Shown: in pieces, positions 58,249-64,000 of the stretch | Position numbering within the stretch: position 1 is the stretch's first letter | Layout: each line of letters opens with the position of its first letter | Source of the DNA: a bacterium | GTDB lineage: Bacteria > SAR324 > XYD2-FULL-50-16 > G965216635 | DNA length: 64,000 nt | Reading direction: 5' to 3' | Assembly: GCA_965216635.1 (NCBI GenBank) | Contig: OZ244188.1 | Span: forward strand, 1,792,001-1,856,000 | Notes under the pieces: model-generated | The model's database searches: none | Seen by the model: only the letters and a program-made list of their open reading frames with translations | What the model was told of the DNA's origin: nothing | Program-made: the position numbers and the translations under genes

Positions 58249-61200
58249 TTAAGGATTTTCTGGAGGTAAAATACCAATAGAGCGAAGGTAGTCTTCTACA
58301 TTAAATACATTGTTTGGGGCAGATTCTGTTGATAAAGATTCAGAGGAAAGATACTCATACAATTCAGATACATTAGGAACTTCTAATTTTGGTTCTTCAA
58401 AGCGCCTGTCCCATTTCTCTACATTATCTTTAAAGAGTGCAACAGCAAATCCACCAAGGATCGTATCCGTTGCAGGTTTTTCAATTTTTACTTCGGAATA
58501 TTCTATTATAGGTTTTAGTAATTCTGCTTGTATATATCCTTCCGCAGATGCTATCCAAAAATTAGGATCTTCGGCAGTGTTGACGACTCCTTCCAATGTT
58601 CCTTCTGCTATAGCAGTTGAAAAATCATCAATTTTAAATCCTCCTAAATCACTTCCTTTTCTTGTTATGCTATTGATTACATTGGAACCTCCATAAACCA
58701 TAGCCGTAGCAAAAGGGGCGCATGCTGGACAATAAAATGTTATAGCTAGTACTGCTGCTTGTTGAGCTTCGGGGGTAACTCTAGAATGATTATAATCTAG
58801 ATTTAGATTAAATTCTGGTACAGAATTAAAATAAACTGGACTATTAGAGTTAGAGGCGGCTTCTTCAAACTGTCCTACATATTCATTTTTTCTAATTCTA
58901 TTTTGGGCATTTTCTTTTGATTCAGAGGAACATTCTTGAACTCGTTCCCACCCTCCGAAAAGATATTCTAAACTATAATTAGGATGTTTGAAACTAGAAT
59001 CAGTTGTTCGTTTGTATTTTGTTTTGCAATTAATTTTTTCTTCTTTCCCGTAATTTATTACAGTTCCTTGTGCAGAACTGTTTTCATCAATTTTACCTAA
59101 GCTTAAACGAAGAGCTCTTTGATCTAGTCGAGCATTTCCTTTTCTTTTATCTTTTTGATACAATAATCCTTTATTAAACTCTGTTGCATAATTAGTATTG
59201 TATTCAGCTATTGTTAGAAGTTCTAACAGTCCATTTTTAGAATGATATTTAAGGATATTTGTCTTGATATCTGCACCAATGACTATTCCTTGATTACCTT
59301 CTATGTAAATATTGTTTGCATTTGTGGTATAACCTTCGCTAGTATCATTCCACTGGTTAACTTCAACTCTATCTCCATCTCCCGTGCCGAAAAAAAAATC
59401 TAAAAACTCATTACTAGAATTAAGAAAACCTAACGGACCGTATGCTGGGTCATGATGAGTCACTTTTCTAGAATATTCATTTGTTCTTGGGTTTAAAAGC
59501 AATGCCTTTCCTCCTTTTGCGATAATACTTCCACTAAAAAAATCATTATGGCTTCTTACAAAAGCATTTCCACCTGCTTTTGCTTTAAAGTTTCCACTGC
59601 CAAGATTAATAGAAGAGTGTAGATAGGTTGTAGTATTCTCTTCTACTTCATAATAAGCACTCTTTGACTCTCTTCTGTTGCGAACAGCTAATCCATCAAC
59701 TACGATATTGTTTTCAGCATATACTGTATAATCTTGCCCATTGGTTGTAACATTTGCTCCTATTTGATTATAGTTTTGTCCTGCATAGACAAATCCTACC
59801 CCTTCGCTTTCTATACTAGCTGTAGTATAAACACCTCCAAAAGTTTGTCCACCTCCTGATTCACTATAGGCTAGGCTTTCTATATTTACATCTCTTATTC
59901 CAACTAAGGAGAAACCCCCTGTTCCTGCTTGTAGGTGAGAATAGTTATTGATATCTCCAGCGTACACAGTAAAACCATCGCTTGCTCTAAAGGTTCCACT
60001 ATTGACAAATTCTCCTCTTGATCTCAATGTGATAAGATAGATCTTTCTTACTAAGGCTATAAAATCAACTTCATCGTAAACTAAATTGTCTTCGGAAAGA
60101 CTTACAATAATTGCCTGTAAGTTCGCTTGTATTTCTGCAGCATTTTCATAAACAGATTCATCTTCATATTTTTTTATTTCAGCTTTTAGTTCTTTTATTT
60201 TGTCTTCTCTAGCTTGTTCAAAGGCTGCTTCAGCGGTATCCTTCTTCTCTTTTATTAAAGCTTCAAGTTCATCTTTTTGTTCATCGGTAAGGTTCTCGTA
60301 TAAATCATCTTCAGCTTTAGTCAATTCTAATGAATTATTTGCATTGCTTCCTACTGAAAGCATTCTATCAATAATATCTTGACTAAATTGATTTTTTTCT
60401 TTTTCATCTATTGGTTTTGTCGTATCTCCACGAACAACTACACTTATTCTTCTAGCAGAAAAAACACTCCCATCTGCGTCTATTTTTTCTCTGGTTAATT
60501 TAGAAATATAGAGTCTGGGAACCAGTATTTTTTTTCCATCTTTATCTAGCACATCTTTACCGTCAATTTGAAAAGGAACAAACCAAACAATATCTTTTGT
60601 TAGTAGGTCAATCTGATCTTCAGTTAAAGGCTTTCCAAATTCAAGATTTAAATCTTTCATTACATCAGCGGAATTACCTGAGAATGCATCAAACATATCA
60701 GCATAAGATAAATTTCCATCTTCTGCGTAAGCACTTAAACCTAATTGTGTAAGTTGTTCGTTGAAAATAGTTGTTTGCAATTCGGCGTCCGCAAATGATG
60801 TTTCTGACGTTTCGACAGGACAAACACCTGTTTGATTACAAAAATGGTCGGAACCAAAAAATTCTTCTAATCTTGTAAATATTGACCTTTTTTCTATAGT
60901 ATAGTTGTTACCATCAGAAGACAAATTGAAGCTAAAAAGAGGGTTAGAAGATAAGAATAAAGCATTAATAGCAACAGTTTGATTAGAAAAATTATTTTCT
61001 ACTTCGGCTACATCATTTCCATTACCAGCATCATTTTGTTCATTAGGAGTTTTCCCTTCTTGAAGGGTTCCATTGCTGAATAAATCAGTAAGAGAACCAC
61101 TAATATTTCCACCGCCATCCACAATAGATATTATTTCTCCTATATTTTCAGCTTTGTCTTGAGAGTAAGTATATTCATAAAATTCCCTCTCACATCTCCA

Positions 61201-64000
61201 TCTAAATTTAACTCCTTTCCAACTGAACTCTTTAATAAATCCACAGACATCTCTATAATGAGAATGAGTATGTATTTCACTAGATTTTTGAATTTTATAG
61301 CTAGGATTATTAAAACTACTTCCATCTATAGTCAAATTATTGGTATGTATATAAGAATAGTTATTACTGATATCTTTTTCTGCAACAAGTTTCATATTAC
61401 GACCAGAATAGATTCTTCCTCTGTTTTTTTCTAATTGAGAATGAATTGCTTCTTCAAAAACCCAATACCCGCGATCCTGATATCTTGGAAAAGTATCGTA
61501 TGTAACATCTTCAAATGGTTTATTTAGAATATTCTTGCTATGAATTTCTAAATCTTGTCTTGCTTCTATCCAACCTCCTTCGTTTGTAAAATCATTGGAT
61601 TTTAAGTAGCTTCCATCTGTGCTTACTCCTCCAGTAAACAATATATTGCCATAAGAATATATACTGCTTGTTGAATTATTATTAGTTTGATTGAGAAAAT
61701 TACCAGTAGTTTGAATATCTATATCACCAGCGATAATTAAATTTTTGTTGGTAAAGTTTTGAGTGACTATGTTAAGGTTGCTGCCTGTTTGTATTTCTTT
61801 TTCGTTTGTAGCATATTCTTTGATAACTAGGTTAAAGTCTCTATAGACAAAAATATTTCCTTTATTGGTGAAATTATCTGCAGTGACGCTATAATTATTT
61901 GCTTCAATATTAGCGTCATTAACAAAATTTTTTGTTATAATATCTAAAATATTGCCTCTAATTATTGCATTTTCTTTGTTTTTAAAACCATTTGTTGCTT
62001 TCAATGTAAATTGATTCGCACCGATTGTTGCGGTTTCTTTGTTTTCAAAATCGTTTGTTACTGTAAGTATAAGTTGTTGATATGCACTGATAGTTGAGTT
62101 TTCTCCTTGATTAGTAAAGTTAAATAGATTAGCGGTTATTTGGTTAGCAATAATCGTTGAGTTGTCGTTTAAGAAGTTGTTATTTACAGTAATATCTAAT
62201 GTACTACCTTTAATAGTTGCGTTATTTTGGTTAGTGAAATTGTTTGCGGTAAGATTCAAGTTATTTGCTTCAATCTTTGCTCCAATCAATGAAGTTTTAT
62301 TTTGATTTATAATATCATCTACGGAAATATCTAAAGTATCCCCTAAAATAATTCCTTGATTATAGAGATTAGCTCCATTAAAAATAAAATGATTTCCTAT
62401 AAATTCGGCAGAAGCATCAAAACTAGCAGAATTATGAACAGTGATATTTAGATTTTTATCAGCATATAAAGTTCCCGATTGGTTGTAGTTGTTAGTGGTG
62501 ATAGTAGCGTCTCCAAAAATAGAAAGACTACCTACTAAATTAGTGTTTGCTTGAGTAATAATTTCAAAATTTCTATCTGCCGTAATATCTCCCAATGTTG
62601 CAACTGAGGCTCTTATAGCGAAGTTTTCTGCCCTTAAATTGGAATGATTTTGAAAATCACCGTCAGTGCTTGCTGTTAATTTCCCATAAGCTAGGATTGA
62701 GTATAAGGAAATTCCTGCGGCATCTATATTGATATTCTTGCCTGCTTTAAAATCAGAATTTGAGCTGGTAGTCAATCCAGCTTGACTCGTAATGTGAATA
62801 TCTTGAGAGCTAGTAATATCGGTTAAATGTAATTTTCCTACAGAATTTATAGTTATATCTCCCGAAGAAGAAATAAAACTGCCTGCACTGTAAGTGCCTA
62901 ATCCAATTTCAGTACTAGTTAAAGTAATAGAATTAGCGTATAGGCTAGCTATAGGAGAAATATTAATGGCAAATTCTCCACTGACGGCAGCATTAGTAGA
63001 ATCTATGTTTGTATTGGCGTAGTTATACTTATAATTCCCACTAAAAATATTTAATTCTTTAGTTCTAATGGAAGTTTGAATATCATAATATCTAGAAGCT
63101 AGGTTTAAATTATCTACATATACACCATCTAATCCCGATCTTTTAATAATTTCTTCGCCATTAGGTATATAATTATCACCAGTATTGAGAATATAATTAT
63201 CACCAATGATAATTGTTCCAGAATCACCTATATTAAAATCTACAAGTTCTTGGGACAAATTAAAATTACTAGTGCCAGTGATTAAATCTACTCTATCTGT
63301 GTTGAGGAAACCACAACCAGAGCAGGTAATCCCATTAGGATTGGCAATAATTAAAGCTGCAGATTCTCCTAAAATTTCTCCTGTTCCTTCTAAGTATGTT
63401 TGATTATTACTTGTAATTTGATTTAAGATAATTTTAGCAGAATCATCGGTTACGTAATTAGGATTGGCATATATGGCTCCTGCTAGTATAGAGAGTTTTA
63501 ATACATCACTATTGTTGAAAACAATACCGTGGATGGGGATATGAAAAGATTCATAAGTATTATTGGAAAGTCCATTGGCATCTGGTTTTGCTATATTTAT
63601 TACATTGATAAGTCTTATGTCGTACTGTTGTATAGAGGTATTTGTAAATCCGTCAGTAATTATTTCACTAAATTCATAAAAATCAGCACGGGTTTCTAAT
63701 TTGTAAGTATTATTTTCGGATAAAGGTTGAATAGTAAAGCTAGAATCAAGATTGGGATTGTAACTATAACTTAAATCTTGAGTGGCAATAGTACTAAAAT
63801 TTATAGCAGTGAAATTATTAATTGGAATTACAGGAGTAGGAATATAAATTTCAGGGATAGTTGCAATATCTAGAGTGCTAGTAGGTGTTAATGAGATAGT
63901 GGGGGTGGAAATATAGGGGATAGTCTGGTTAAAAGCAATGCCTGTATCTATAGTGCCTGTATCTACTATATTTGCATAACTAGAGGTAGAGCTGTCGATA
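58249..64000 (-). CDS. Filamentous haemagglutinin / TpsA (CdiA-like) exoprotein, 5' end outside window (>1900 aa)
   Basis: Frame stays open from 63258 to the window end (manual translation) and contains the TPS domain INIAKPDANGLSNN..ANPN..ILNQIT..IANPNGITCSGCGFLN; FHA repeats; LTKDIVW..LVPRLY. Confidence 0.9.
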   Translation of the reverse strand, partial: IDSSTSSYANIVDTGTIDTGIAFNQTIPYISTPTISLTPTSTLDIATIPEIYIPTPVIPINNFTAINFSTIATQDLSYSYNPNLDSSFTIQPLSENNTYKLETRADFYEFSEIITDGFTNTSIQQYDIRLINVINIAKPDANGLSNNTYESFHIPIHGIVFNNSDVLKLSILAGAIYANPNYVTDDSAKIILNQITSNNQTYLEGTGEILGESAALIIANPNGITCSGCGFLNTDRVDLITGTSNFNLSQELVDFNIGDSGTIIIGDNYILNTGDNYIPNGEEIIKRSGLDGVYVDNLNLASRYYDIQTSIRTKELNIFSGNYKYNYANTNIDSTNAAVSGEFAINISPIASLYANSITLTSTEIGLGTYSAGSFISSSGDITINSVGKLHLTDITSSQDIHITSQAGLTTSSNSDFKAGKNINIDAAGISLYSILAYGKLTASTDGDFQNHSNLRAENFAIRASVATLGDITADRNFEIITQANTNLVGSLSIFGDATITTNNYNQSGTLYADKNLNITVHNSASFDASAEFIGNHFIFNGANLYNQGIILGDTLDISVDDIINQNKTSLIGAKIEANNLNLTANNFTNQNNATIKGSTLDITVNNNFLNDNSTIIANQITANLFNFTNQGENSTISAYQQLILTVTNDFENKETATIGANQFTLKATNGFKNKENAIIRGNILDIITKNFVNDANIEANNYSVTADNFTNKGNIFVYRDFNLVIKEYATNEKEIQTGSNLNIVTQNFTNKNLIIAGDIDIQTTGNFLNQTNNNSTSSIYSYGNILFTGGVSTDGSYLKSNDFTNEGGWIEARQDLEIHSKNILNKPFEDVTYDTFPRYQDRGYWVFEEAIHSQLEKNRGRIYSGRNMKLVAEKDISNNYSYIHTNNLTIDGSSFNNPSYKIQKSSEIHTHSHYRDVCGFIKEFSWKGVKFRWRCEREFYEYTYSQDKAENIGEIISIVDGGGNISGSLTDLFSNGTLQEGKTPNEQNDAGNGNDVAEVENNFSNQTVAINALFLSSNPLFSFNLSSDGNNYTIEKRSIFTRLEEFFGSDHFCNQTGVCPVETSETSFADAELQTTIFNEQLTQLGLSAYAEDGNLSYADMFDAFSGNSADVMKDLNLEFGKPLTEDQIDLLTKDIVWFVPFQIDGKDVLDKDGKKILVPRLYISKLTREKIDADGSVFSARRISVVVRGDTTKPIDEKEKNQFSQDIIDRMLSVGSNANNSLELTKAEDDLYENLTDEQKDELEALIKEKKDTAEAAFEQAREDKIKELKAEIKKYEDESVYENAAEIQANLQAIIVSLSEDNLVYDEVDFIALVRKIYLITLRSRGEFVNSGTFRASDGFTVYAGDINNYSHLQAGTGGFSLVGIRDVNIESLAYSESGGGQTFGGVYTTASIESEGVGFVYAGQNYNQIGANVTTNGQDYTVYAENNIVVDGLAVRNRRESKSAYYEVEENTTTYLHSSINLGSGNFKAKAGGNAFVRSHNDFFSGSIIAKGGKALLLNPRTNEYSRKVTHHDPAYGPLGFLNSSNEFLDFFFGTGDGDRVEVNQWNDTSEGYTTNANNIYIEGNQGIVIGADIKTNILKYHSKNGLLELLTIAEYNTNYATEFNKGLLYQKDKRKGNARLDQRALRLSLGKIDENSSAQGTVINYGKEEKINCKTKYKRTTDSSFKHPNYSLEYLFGGWERVQECSSESKENAQNRIRKNEYVGQFEEAASNSNSPVYFNSVPEFNLNLDYNHSRVTPEAQQAAVLAITFYCPACAPFATAMVYGGSNVINSITRKGSDLGGFKIDDFSTAIAEGTLEGVVNTAEDPNFWIASAEGYIQAELLKPIIEYSEVKIEKPATDTILGGFAVALFKDNVEKWDRRFEEPKLEVPNVSELYEYLSSESLSTESAPNNVFNVEDYLRSIGILPPENP

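Noticed and set aside
58249..63258. TTG start at 63258 for the haemagglutinin
   Set aside because: The frame is open to the window end and the TPS domain lies upstream of this codon
50085..63403. Several + strand ORFs in the toxin locus
   Set aside because: Antisense to well-supported - strand genes

Overview
AT-rich Gram-negative bacterial chromosome segment. The atpB-atpE pair split from the other atp genes, plus hscA and lpxA, suggests a deltaproteobacteria-like lineage; this and a possible host association are inference only. Housekeeping genes (rsmE end, phospholipid enzymes, recB, lpxA, trxA, truA, puuE, aroC, PBP1A, ybeY, atpBE, tRNA-Val, tRNA-Asp, hscA, grxC, NUDIX) are interleaved with many small accessory inserts. 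Defence-type inserts: AIPR; a BsaWI-like R-M pair flanked by 66-bp direct repeats; a nucleotidyltransferase + 2H-phosphoesterase-like cassette flanked by 25-bp direct repeats at the ybeY start; GmrSD; HEPN/MNT; HicB with a dead HicA; a HindIII-like MTase with an internally deleted REase. Between tRNA-Val and tRNA-Asp lies a ~5-kb surface-protein islet: 74-bp tandem promoter repeats, a beta-barrel-like OMP, a REP doublet and four DUF1640/Bdr-like coiled-coil paralogs. The right third holds a glycan cluster (two GT10, epimerase, GT2, DegT, NoeA-like), an IS5 element, an ankyrin lipoprotein and a polymorphic-toxin locus. That locus has a large TpsA/FHA gene running off the window, three paralogous lipoproteins and a decaying array of orphan DUF637-(I/V)ENN toxin/immunity modules. 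All family calls come from motif recognition by eye; no database search was run.
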